A DNA stretch of 64,000 nucleotides from assembly GCA_965199955.1 (NCBI GenBank), contig CBDATQ010000003.1, forward strand, positions 96,001-160,000. Reading direction: 5' to 3'. This DNA comes from Spirochaetia bacterium (GTDB lineage: Bacteria; Spirochaetota; Spirochaetia; SZUA-6; Bin103). Below are positions 27,718 to 36,380 of this stretch, in pieces (positions within the stretch are counted from its first letter, which is position 1; each line of letters begins with the position of its first letter). The position numbers were made by a program, and so were the translations under genes. Under the pieces are notes generated by a model. That model worked only from the letters and a program-made list of their open reading frames with translations, ran no database searches and was not told the origin of the DNA.

Positions 27718-30234
27718 TCATGCGTCGACCCGTTTGCGCAGCGTGAGCCGATTGCGCTCGCCCACGCGCATGTAGGACACCTCGTCCACCAGCGAGCGGC
27801 GCATCAGCCCCGCTCCCAGGCTTGCCGGCTCCTCCGCTTCGCCCGGTCCGCTCCCGTCCGCCAACGCGGGCTCCTCCAGCGGATCGTAGACGCCTCCGTC
27901 ATCCTCCACCGTGACCTCCGCCACGCCGCCGTCGAACGTGGCGGACACCGCGATCTCGTATTCGCTGACCGCCGACAGCCGCTCGTCGATCGCATCGATC
28001 ACGACCGCCTCCAGCGCCTGCCGGAGGTGCCCTGCGCCGGTCTGGCCGATGCCGGCGCTCTCGGCGAACGCCCGCATCTCCTCGCCGATGCGGGACAGGT
28101 CCGCGCGGTTGTTGCGCAGCGAGAAGCGCCGGACCGCGATCTCGTCCTCGACCGTCTCGCGGCCGAGGACGACCATGGTGACGTCGTCGAACTGAGCCGC
28201 CTCGCCGGCGAACTCCTCGATCGATCGCAGCATCATCTCCAGCGTGTCGCCGGTGCCGCGGCCGGCGCTGTCCCGGAGGCTCTCCTCCATGCGCTCGTAG
28301 CCGTACTCCTCCTCGGTCACGTCGGCCGATTCGGGGATGCCGTCGGTATAGACGAACAGCTTGCCGCCGGGCGGCACGCTGACCGCCGCTTCGTCATAGG
28401 TGAGCCCGTCGAACATGGCCAGGGCGACGCCCCCGGTCAGCGGGATCCGTTCCACCCCTCCGTCGGTCACCAGCGCCGGCGAGTTGTGGCCGCCGTTGGC
28501 GTACACGAAGCTGCCGTCGCGAACGTCGAACACGCCGTAGAAGACCGTCACGAACATGTCCCCGGCGGTGGCCTCGACCAGGGTGTCGTTGACCATCCGC
28601 AGGCACTCGCCGGGACCGTGCTCCACCTGCCGGGCGGTAGCGCGTATGACCGTGCGCGTGACCGCCATGAACATCGACGCCGGCACGCCCTTGCCGGCGA
28701 CGTCGCCGACGACGACGCCGATGCGGTTCTCGTCCAGCCGGAAGAAGTCGTAGAAGTCGCCGCCGACTTCCTTGGCGGGATGCATGGCGGCCTGGATCTT
28801 GACACCCGGCGCCTCGAAGCGCTCGCCGGGCAGGAACGAGCGCTGCACCCGGCTGGCGATCTGCAGATCGCGTTGCAGGGCCATGTACGCGGTCCTGGTG
28901 CGCAGCGCCTCCTGCAACTGGGCCACCAGCGTCGTCAGCCGTTCCTGCTGGCGGCCGACCCGGCTGGTCATCTTCTGGAAGGCCAGTCCGATCATCTGCA
29001 GCTCGTTGCCGCTGTCGTTGTCGCCGGCCGCGTCCACCTCCACCGTGGCCGCCGGCGCCTGCACCTCGGCAAGGTCGTTGAGGATGTCCCGCCGCTCCTC
29101 CTCGTTCAGGGTGTCGGCAAGGCGAGTCATCTCGCCCTGAATGAACCGCTCCTGCTGGCGCCGGCGCAGCAGCGCCCGGCGGCGGTGCCGGCGCAATGTC
29201 AGCGTCTGCGTACGGAACGCGTTCACGGCGCGGGCGATGCGCGCCACCTCGTCGTCCGACTCCTCCTCGCTGACCGCAACGGTCGCCTGCGTGTCGCCGC
29301 GGGACAGCGCGTCCAGCACGACGACGCCCTCGGTCAGACGGGACAGCGCGCCGCGCAGGTAGAGGGTGAGCCCGACCAGCGAGGCGAGCACGAATCCCGC
29401 TCCCGCCAGGGCGGTGATCAGGCTGACCCGCCGCTGATCGGCGTAGACGGCGCTGACGTCCTGCACCGTGACCACGCGCGCAACCAGGTTGCCCAGCTCG
29501 GCTTCCAGCGGAAACGCGGCGTGCGAGAATACCTGGTCGCCGCTTCGGACCGGCTCGGATGTGCTTCCCGGCAGCCATCCCGTCTCGCGGATGAGCTCCC
29601 AGATCTCCGGATCGGTCCCCACCAGCAGGCGCCCCCGCCGGTTCACGATCAGGGCCTCCGCGCCAGTGTCCTCCTTGAGCTCGGTCAGCGCCTCAATGAT
29701 GTCGGTCGCCAGGATGGCTACCGCGAGTGTCGCGCCCTCCGCGCCGTGCAGGGGCACGCCGACCGACAGCGTCACGTTGCGCTCCGCGTCGATCGCCACG
29801 CCGCCGCCGGTCCATCCCCGCTCGATCATCCGCGCCAGCGCCTCGTCGCTGGCAGCCGCCGCCGGCTCGAACGCCGGCTGCGAGGAATACAGCACTTCCC
29901 TGCCGGGTGAGACCAGGTCCAGGCGAGTCACGCCGCCGGCGCGCCGCAGGGTGCTGAGCGCCGCCTGCGCCGCCCGAGAGATCTCGCCGCGGTCCCCGCC
30001 GGCCAGGGCATCGCGCAGCGCCCGGTTCTCCGCGACGATCGGCGTGCGCTCGCGCATGCGCTGCACGCCGGTCTCCACGATCTTGCTCCAGAGTGCGCGG
30101 CTGCCGGTCATGGCGGTGCGGTCGAGCTGTCCGCGCAGCGCCTGCTCGCGCTGGGTCCCGGCGAGCACCAGGCCGGCCACCATCACCGCCATGAACACGA
30201 CGACGATGATCCCGATACGCGCCTTGAGGCCCAT
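27718..30234 (-). CDS. Membrane SpoIIE/PP2C phosphatase: TM-Cache-like sensor-TM-HAMP-PP2C-degenerate HATPase
   Basis: EVGGDFYD, GDVAGKG, YTDG, QFDDVT; two TMs flanking an extracytoplasmic domain; DEVARIARAVN HAMP; start MGLKARI. Confidence 0.85.
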   Translation of the reverse strand: MGLKARIGIIVVVFMAVMVAGLVLAGTQREQALRGQLDRTAMTGSRALWSKIVETGVQRMRERTPIVAENRALRDALAGGDRGEISRAAQAALSTLRRAGGVTRLDLVSPGREVLYSSQPAFEPAAAASDEALARMIERGWTGGGVAIDAERNVTLSVGVPLHGAEGATLAVAILATDIIEALTELKEDTGAEALIVNRRGRLLVGTDPEIWELIRETGWLPGSTSEPVRSGDQVFSHAAFPLEAELGNLVARVVTVQDVSAVYADQRRVSLITALAGAGFVLASLVGLTLYLRGALSRLTEGVVVLDALSRGDTQATVAVSEEESDDEVARIARAVNAFRTQTLTLRRHRRRALLRRRQQERFIQGEMTRLADTLNEEERRDILNDLAEVQAPAATVEVDAAGDNDSGNELQMIGLAFQKMTSRVGRQQERLTTLVAQLQEALRTRTAYMALQRDLQIASRVQRSFLPGERFEAPGVKIQAAMHPAKEVGGDFYDFFRLDENRIGVVVGDVAGKGVPASMFMAVTRTVIRATARQVEHGPGECLRMVNDTLVEATAGDMFVTVFYGVFDVRDGSFVYANGGHNSPALVTDGGVERIPLTGGVALAMFDGLTYDEAAVSVPPGGKLFVYTDGIPESADVTEEEYGYERMEESLRDSAGRGTGDTLEMMLRSIEEFAGEAAQFDDVTMVVLGRETVEDEIAVRRFSLRNNRADLSRIGEEMRAFAESAGIGQTGAGHLRQALEAVVIDAIDERLSAVSEYEIAVSATFDGGVAEVTVEDDGGVYDPLEEPALADGSGPGEAEEPASLGAGLMRRSLVDEVSYMRVGERNRLTLRKRVDA

Positions 30235-30239
30235 CGGAC

Positions 30240-31265
30240 CTACTCCACCACCTGCGCCACGCGCAGCAGATCCAGCGGAGGATAGATCCCCAACTCCAGC
30301 GCGACCGACATGCGGATCACCAGTGAGAACCGGCCGAGCGAGCGGACCGGGAGGTCCTCCGGCGGCTCGCCATCGACCAGAATCCGCTCGGCCTGGGCGC
30401 CTGCCAGCTTGCCGACCAAGTAGTAGGGGCTGACGAAGCCGAGCATCGCCTGGGAACCCACGAAGCTCGCCTCGGTGCCGGCGAAGACCGGTATGCCGCG
30501 CGCTACCGCCGCCTCCGTGATGCGGACGTCGTTGCGGGTCACGAACGAATCGGGACCCATGTAGAGAAACTCGGCTCCGTCGTCCGCCAGCCCGTTGACG
30601 ACCTCGGTCAGCCGGCCGGGATCCGGCCTGCCGTCGGCGTCGAGCGGTGCCGGCGCCTCCAGCAGCTCGATGCCGCGCTCCGCGGCCTCCTCGCGGAGCT
30701 CCTTGATGTTGATCTCCGAGTTGCGCTCCAGGGAGTTGTAGATCACGCCCAGACGCTCGACGGAGCGGTATTGCAGCAGGGCGTCGAGCTGTTTCTTTAC
30801 CGGCGGCAGAAACGCCGTGCCGGTGACGGAACGGCCGGTCGAGTCGAAGCTCTCTACGATGTTGGCCTCGATCGGGTAGGCGACGATCGAGAATACGCCC
30901 GGTATCCCCTGCACGTGCGCCGTGGGGTCCGCGGCTTCGCGAGGCCCCAGGATGCCGAGCGTGGTCGAGGTGCCGAAGGTATGCACCAGGTCCGGCCGGG
31001 CGGTGCGTATCTCGGCGACGATCACGGGGATCCTGCCCCGGTCCTGCCCGAGGTTGCGCAGCGTGTAGCGCACCGGTATGCCGCGCTCCCGCATGTGGGC
31101 CCGGAAGCCGTGCTCGACGTCGGTCTCGCCGCGCCACACCACCAGGAACACGTGGAACGGGTCTTCCTGGGTCCGGGCGCCGGCCGGTGCCTGCGCAGCC
31201 ACTACGCCGGCCAGTGCGGTGATAGTAGCCGCCGCCAGCCAGCAGGATGCCCTGCGCCCTCTCAC
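30240..31265 (-). CDS. ABC-type substrate-binding protein (ABC_sub_bind family)
   Basis: Signal peptide, RPDLVHTFGT, LGVIYNSLERNS, YYLVGKLAGAQA, GEPPEDLPV; GTG overlaps upstream stop. Confidence 0.8.
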   Translation of the reverse strand: MRGRRASCWLAAATITALAGVVAAQAPAGARTQEDPFHVFLVVWRGETDVEHGFRAHMRERGIPVRYTLRNLGQDRGRIPVIVAEIRTARPDLVHTFGTSTTLGILGPREAADPTAHVQGIPGVFSIVAYPIEANIVESFDSTGRSVTGTAFLPPVKKQLDALLQYRSVERLGVIYNSLERNSEINIKELREEAAERGIELLEAPAPLDADGRPDPGRLTEVVNGLADDGAEFLYMGPDSFVTRNDVRITEAAVARGIPVFAGTEASFVGSQAMLGFVSPYYLVGKLAGAQAERILVDGEPPEDLPVRSLGRFSLVIRMSVALELGIYPPLDLLRVAQVVE

Positions 31266-33349
31266 GCCGCCTCCCTCGCCGGCGTGCCGGCACGGCTCAT
31301 CACGACATAAACCGCCGTGCAGATCAGCACCAGGACGCCGACGGCGAGCATCGCCTGCCCATATGCCGTGGCAGCCGCCACCGCCCCTACCACCACCGCT
31401 CCTCCCGCGGTGCCGATCCGCTCCAGGGTCCGGAACATGCCGACGATCCCGCCCGCGCTGATTCCCACCTCGTCGCTGGCTTCCTGCGCGATCTCCTGAA
31501 TCACGGCGAGCTGGGGCACGGTCACGATCGCGAACCCGCTTCCCATCAGTGCCACCGACGCGAGCACCAGCCCGGTCGCGTCCGCCAGCGCAGGCAGCGC
31601 ACACCCCACGCCCAGGACGCAGTTGCCGGCGATCATCAGCAGCCGCGGCCGCCTGAGCCGGTCCGCGGCGCGAGCGACCAGCGGCGTGACGACGACGCAG
31701 GCGATGCCGTACACCATCATCACCCGGCCGATGTTCGACTGCGTGTTGTCGAGGAACTCCAGGTAAAGCGGCACCAGATAGAAGAACAGGCCGCCGAGCA
31801 CGAACTTGCTCGGCAACGCGGTGAATACCGTCACGGCCATGAACTGGCGGTGCCCGAGCAACCGGAGCCAGCCGCGCAGGCCGCCTTTCCCGCGGCTCAC
31901 GCGGCGCACGCCCCCCGGGTCGATGGTCACGAGCGCTGCCGCCGCAGCGACCGCCGCGAGCGCTGCGGCGACCAGCAGGGTGTCCCGGTAGCCCAGGCGG
32001 CCCGCCAGCATTCCGCCGATCGCCGGGCCGCACACGAAGGCCGCGAACACGGCCCCGAGAAAGCCCGACATGCCCACGGCCCGGTTCGAACGTTCGGAAT
32101 GCTGGGCGACGTACGCGTGGGCGGAGATGAAGATGATGCCGTAGCCCAGACCTGAGAGAGTCCACCACAGCAGTCCTTCGACGATCGTCGACGCAAACGC
32201 CGTGCCCAGGTGTCCCGCCACGGACGGGACGATGCCGGCGATGAACATTCCGCGCGGAGGGATGCGGTCGGTCAGCGACCCGATCATCGGGGTCGCGATG
32301 AGCACCATGGCCATGAACGCCGTGATCGGCAGGCCGATCGCCACTTCGCGGCTCAGGCCGGCGATGGGCACGTATATGTCATTGAAGAACAGCGGCAGGA
32401 ACGGACGCGAGATCTCCTGTGCCAGCATGAACAGGAAGAACGGAATCCGCACGTCCATCGGCGAGCGGGAAACGAGCGTGTTCTCCGAGCCGGGCAACGC
32501 GAAGCGGAAGCGCGCCCGGATGTCGTCGAGCACGTCGCGGATGCGCCTCTGGACGCCGCGGTCGAGCTGCACTTCGTGCGCGTCCTCGGCCTCCTCCACC
32601 AGGTCCGCGAACGCGGCGTTGATGCGGTGCAGCGCGGCGTTGATGAGCTGCCCGAAGCGGCCCACCTCGTCCCGGTGGCGCACGCCGAAGCGGCTGCCGA
32701 AGTCGCCCCTGGCGCTGAGCTCCAGCAGGCGATCCACCAGGCGAATCGGCCCCGAGACCCTGACCACCACCAGGGCCACCAGCAACTCGATCCCGATCAG
32801 CAGGGTGACCAGCAGCACGGTGCCGATGTCCAGGCGCAGTGCCGCCAGCTCGGAGCGCACCGCCCCCTCCTGCACCCGCACCCGCAGGGACGCCACCTGC
32901 CTCCCGTCCTCGAGCCTGACCGGCAGCTCCACCAGCTCCCCGCCTGCGGCGTCCCGGAGCGACTCTGCCGCGATGCCCCGCGCATAGAGCACGGCGCCGC
33001 TCGGATCCAGGACGGCCACGTAGGTGAAGTCCTCGTTATCCGCGAGCACGCCGTCCAGGAACTCGTCCATCTTCACCAGCGAGCCGAGCGGGATGCCCAG
33101 CGACACGGCGTAGCCGATCTGTTCCGCCACCAGCTCGCCGGCGACTTCCGCCTTGCGCCGGACCTCGGGAAGCAGGGTGTCTTCGAAGGTCCGGGCCAGC
33201 AGCAACGACAGGGCCCCCTGGGAGAGGATCAGCAGCAGCGCCGTCAGGCCGGCCAGCCGCAGGACCACGCTGCGGTAGACGCCCCGCTCGGATCTTTCCG
33301 GGGTCCGGTCCGGCGCGCTGCCGCGGACACCAGCGGAAGCCGAGCTCAT
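31262..33349 (-). CDS. MFS transporter with N-terminal TM-sensor-TM-HAMP module
   Basis: GPIRLV..ARGDF..RHRDEVGRF HAMP followed by a multi-TM MFS (GSLTDRIPPR, GPAIGG, AADRLRR); ATGA overlap. Confidence 0.8.
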   Translation of the reverse strand: MSSASAGVRGSAPDRTPERSERGVYRSVVLRLAGLTALLLILSQGALSLLLARTFEDTLLPEVRRKAEVAGELVAEQIGYAVSLGIPLGSLVKMDEFLDGVLADNEDFTYVAVLDPSGAVLYARGIAAESLRDAAGGELVELPVRLEDGRQVASLRVRVQEGAVRSELAALRLDIGTVLLVTLLIGIELLVALVVVRVSGPIRLVDRLLELSARGDFGSRFGVRHRDEVGRFGQLINAALHRINAAFADLVEEAEDAHEVQLDRGVQRRIRDVLDDIRARFRFALPGSENTLVSRSPMDVRIPFFLFMLAQEISRPFLPLFFNDIYVPIAGLSREVAIGLPITAFMAMVLIATPMIGSLTDRIPPRGMFIAGIVPSVAGHLGTAFASTIVEGLLWWTLSGLGYGIIFISAHAYVAQHSERSNRAVGMSGFLGAVFAAFVCGPAIGGMLAGRLGYRDTLLVAAALAAVAAAAALVTIDPGGVRRVSRGKGGLRGWLRLLGHRQFMAVTVFTALPSKFVLGGLFFYLVPLYLEFLDNTQSNIGRVMMVYGIACVVVTPLVARAADRLRRPRLLMIAGNCVLGVGCALPALADATGLVLASVALMGSGFAIVTVPQLAVIQEIAQEASDEVGISAGGIVGMFRTLERIGTAGGAVVVGAVAAATAYGQAMLAVGVLVLICTAVYVVMSRAGTPAREAA

Positions 33350-34197
33350 CGCGCGCTGCCGGCGCCGACCTGCCGGCCGGCCTCCCGCGCGATCCGGCGG
33401 ATCTCCTCGGCCCCGTTGGAAACCGCTCGGCTGGCCGCCTCCGTCGTCTCCGCGAACCGCACGGCGTGCGGATCGGGGTCCATCCCGGCATGGATCTCGA
33501 TCCCCGGATCGATGGGCGCCTGCATCGCATGCAGGCGCTGCCGCAACGGCCGCGTCACGAACACCGACAGGACGGCGCCGAGCAGCACGAACCCGACCAC
33601 GACCGCCGCGCACAGACCGGCGATCCGCAGCGCCATGTCCTGCACGTTCTCGTCGAACTCCGCGCGTGAGAAACGCAGCGCGAGCGATCCGACCACCTGC
33701 CCCAGGCTGTTCTCCACCCGCAGGCCGACCACGTGCGCGTCCGGCTCCAGCCGCGACCAGACCGGCTCGCCCGCGTTCCACGCGGCAACCCAGTCCTCGG
33801 ACACCAGGTCACCGCGCAGGCTCTCGTCGGTGCCGTAGAGGACGATCCCGTGCTCGTCGAACATCTCGATCGAGAGCACCTGGTCGTGCTGCTGCATGCT
33901 GTCCAACAGGTCCCCGTCCACGCCCGGCAGCGCTTTCAGGGCCAGTCCCAGCGCAAGCGACGCCTCTATGTTGTGCCCGATGTCCTGCAGCACGAGCGCG
34001 TGCCGGTCGCGCAGCAGGCCCTCCAGGTACTTCCGGTACTCGTAGTGGTTCAGCAGGCCCGTCAGGGTGACGGCGGAAGCGAGGATGAAGCAGATGCTCG
34101 CCGCGACGCGGGGACGCAGGCTGAAGCGAACCGCCGGCGATTGCGGTTGACCCGTCGCTGCGGCATCCCGCATGGCCCCGGACGGTGCGCGCCGCAT
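33346..34197 (-). CDS. Two-TM membrane sensor-like protein of unknown function (start uncertain)
   Basis: TM-extracytoplasmic-TM-VTRPLRQR; no output domain. Confidence 0.6.
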   Translation of the reverse strand: MRRAPSGAMRDAAATGQPQSPAVRFSLRPRVAASICFILASAVTLTGLLNHYEYRKYLEGLLRDRHALVLQDIGHNIEASLALGLALKALPGVDGDLLDSMQQHDQVLSIEMFDEHGIVLYGTDESLRGDLVSEDWVAAWNAGEPVWSRLEPDAHVVGLRVENSLGQVVGSLALRFSRAEFDENVQDMALRIAGLCAAVVVGFVLLGAVLSVFVTRPLRQRLHAMQAPIDPGIEIHAGMDPDPHAVRFAETTEAASRAVSNGAEEIRRIAREAGRQVGAGSAR

Positions 34198-34330
34198 GGA
34201 GCCGTGTCAATCGAATGCGTCATCGCGCCCTTCAGGCGGTTCCCACGGAAAAGCATGAGCGTTCTTGCGAATCGTGCATGTCGGCCCCGGAGCGCAGGAC
34301 GTCGCCGCCGGGCTCGACAGTCGGCGAGTC

Positions 34331-35710
34331 TCAGGACTCGCCCAGGCCCAGCGATCCGGCGCGCTCGGCCTGCCATGCCTCCACCTCCGGCGCACCGACG
34401 TCCCGGCGGTGCCAGAGCGCCCAGTTCAGGCAGGCGATCAGGTCGTCCGGATGCTCGACGCCGATCCCCAGCCGGACCAGCCGGTCCACGCCGATGCGCC
34501 GGACTTCCTCCTCGGCGGTGAAGTACTCCGACACGGAGCGATGGTGGTTGAGCTTCGTGGCCAGCCCGTCGAAGCTCAGCGCGTAGCGCAGCACCCCGCA
34601 CATCGCCAGCACGTCGCAGAAGTGGCGGGTCTCGTCCTCGCCGGCGTCGCGCAGCCGGAAGCTCACGATCGAGCCCGGCTCGGTGTAGTGGCGATCGATC
34701 ACCGCGGCGTCCGGATGGCCGGGCGCTGTGGGATGGAACACCGCCTCCACCAGCGGATGGGCGGCCAGAAACGCGGTCACCGCCCGCGCGGTGGCGCAGC
34801 GCCGCCGGAAGCGCGGCTCGGCCTGGTCCAGGCCGTCCAGGATCGCCGTGGCGCGCCGCCAGTCGGCGATGCCGCCGCGCATCGCCTGCAGGTCCATCAC
34901 GCCGTTGAGCAGGCGGACGTCGTCGGACGCCAGATAGCCCCACATGTCGCGGTCCTGGCCGGCCAGCGCCTTGGTGCCCGACACCGCCGCCACGTCCACG
35001 CCCTCCCAGCGCAGCGCCGGCTCCGCCAGCCCCCACGGGCTGGCGATGGTGCTGTCGAGCGCCACCACCAGCCGCGCGCCGCCGGCGGCGCGCACCTCGC
35101 CCACGGCGCGCGCCAGCGCCTCCGGGTCAACGGCCCGCATCAGCGGGTTGGTGTAGGTCTCGACGAACAGCAGCCGCGTGTCCGGCCGCAGCGCGGCCGC
35201 CAGCCCCGCGTAGCTCAGGTCGTCCACCAGGGTCAGCTCGCCGCCGAGCAACGTGGTCAGACGGCTCAGGTACGCCTTGCTCTTGTTGTACACGCCGCGT
35301 GCGCAGGCCACGTGGTCGCCACGCTCCAGCACTGCGTCGAACAGCAGCGCGCACGCCTGCATGCCGGTGTCGGTGAGCACCGCCGCCTCGGCACCCTCCA
35401 GCTCGCGCACCCATGCCAGCAGCCGCCGCGAAACCGTGGTGCCGTAGCGCCCGTAGATCTGCGGCTGCTCCGACCAGCACGCGGAGCCCAGGAACATCAG
35501 CTCCTGCTTGCGCTCCTGCCAGCGGACCATGGGGCCGCTGCCGAGCAGGTCGAGCTGGATCGTCTCTCCGTCGGGATGCAGGTACGGGACGCCGGTGCGG
35601 CGCATCGCGGCGTCGATGCCCGAGTGCAGACCACGGGTGGCGGCATCCATCGCGGCCAGCCGCGGCCGGTCCGGCGGCGTTCCCGCCGGATCGAGATAGG
35701 CGCCGGTCAC
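34331..35710 (-). CDS. Cys/Met-metabolism PLP-dependent enzyme (cystathionine gamma-synthase/lyase-like)
   Basis: YGRYG, ELEGAEAA..TGMQA, FVETYTNP, LDST, SGTK (PLP Lys), LVRLGIGVEHPDDL; GGGAGG RBS. Confidence 0.8.
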   Translation of the reverse strand: MTGAYLDPAGTPPDRPRLAAMDAATRGLHSGIDAAMRRTGVPYLHPDGETIQLDLLGSGPMVRWQERKQELMFLGSACWSEQPQIYGRYGTTVSRRLLAWVRELEGAEAAVLTDTGMQACALLFDAVLERGDHVACARGVYNKSKAYLSRLTTLLGGELTLVDDLSYAGLAAALRPDTRLLFVETYTNPLMRAVDPEALARAVGEVRAAGGARLVVALDSTIASPWGLAEPALRWEGVDVAAVSGTKALAGQDRDMWGYLASDDVRLLNGVMDLQAMRGGIADWRRATAILDGLDQAEPRFRRRCATARAVTAFLAAHPLVEAVFHPTAPGHPDAAVIDRHYTEPGSIVSFRLRDAGEDETRHFCDVLAMCGVLRYALSFDGLATKLNHHRSVSEYFTAEEEVRRIGVDRLVRLGIGVEHPDDLIACLNWALWHRRDVGAPEVEAWQAERAGSLGLGES

Positions 35711-35717
35711 CTCCCGG

Positions 35718-36308
35718 TCATGAAGCCTGGACGAGGTCGCACGCCTCCGCCGGCATCCAGTGCGCGTCCTGGCCAGCCCACTTGACGTTGCAGCCGAGCG
35801 GGTTGGTGAGCTCGACCGCGACGGGGTTGCCCGCCAGCAGCGCATCGGCGGCGTCACGCAACTCGTGCGTGCGCGCGTTGGCGGCGTCGCGGGGATCGTC
35901 GTCCATGCGGCCGGTGTAGCGCAGCCTGCGGTCCGCGTCGAACAGGTAGTAGTGCGGGGTACGCAGCGCGCCGTACGCCAGGGCGACGCTCTGGTCCTCG
36001 TCGCGGGCGTACACGAACTGGAAGTCCTTCTCCGCGGCGCGGGTGACCATGTGCTCGAACGAGTCGTCGGGATGGTTGTCGGTCTCGTTCGAGTTGATCG
36101 AGATCATGGCCACGCCGCGCGGCGCATAGTCGGCGGCGAACGCGTTCATGCGGTCCTCGCTGCCGATCACGAACGGGCAGTGGTTGCACGAGAAGACGAC
36201 CACCAGCGCGGCGCTGCCGGCGAAGTCGTCCAGGGTGTAGGTCTTGCCGTCGACGGCGGGCAGGGAGAAGTCCGGCGCACGGTCGCCGATTTCTAGGGTA
36301 AAGGCCAT
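35718..36308 (-). CDS. Thioredoxin-like / AhpC-TSA family protein
   Basis: APDFSLP, CNHCPFV, YTGRMDD, GCNVKW. Confidence 0.88.
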   Translation of the reverse strand: MAFTLEIGDRAPDFSLPAVDGKTYTLDDFAGSAALVVVFSCNHCPFVIGSEDRMNAFAADYAPRGVAMISINSNETDNHPDDSFEHMVTRAAEKDFQFVYARDEDQSVALAYGALRTPHYYLFDADRRLRYTGRMDDDPRDAANARTHELRDAADALLAGNPVAVELTNPLGCNVKWAGQDAHWMPAEACDLVQAS

Positions 36309-36380
36309 CGGTTCCTCCTTGGGCGTCTCTGTCGAGGTCGAGTATTCCCCGACCTCGGCGCCGGTTCAACTGAAGCCCCG

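Noticed and set aside
27718..33781. Extended ORFs of 1191, 642 and 839 aa suggesting bigger fusions
   Set aside because: The extensions are Arg/Gly/Ala-rich off-frame reads of neighbouring genes; stop/start overlaps define the true starts.
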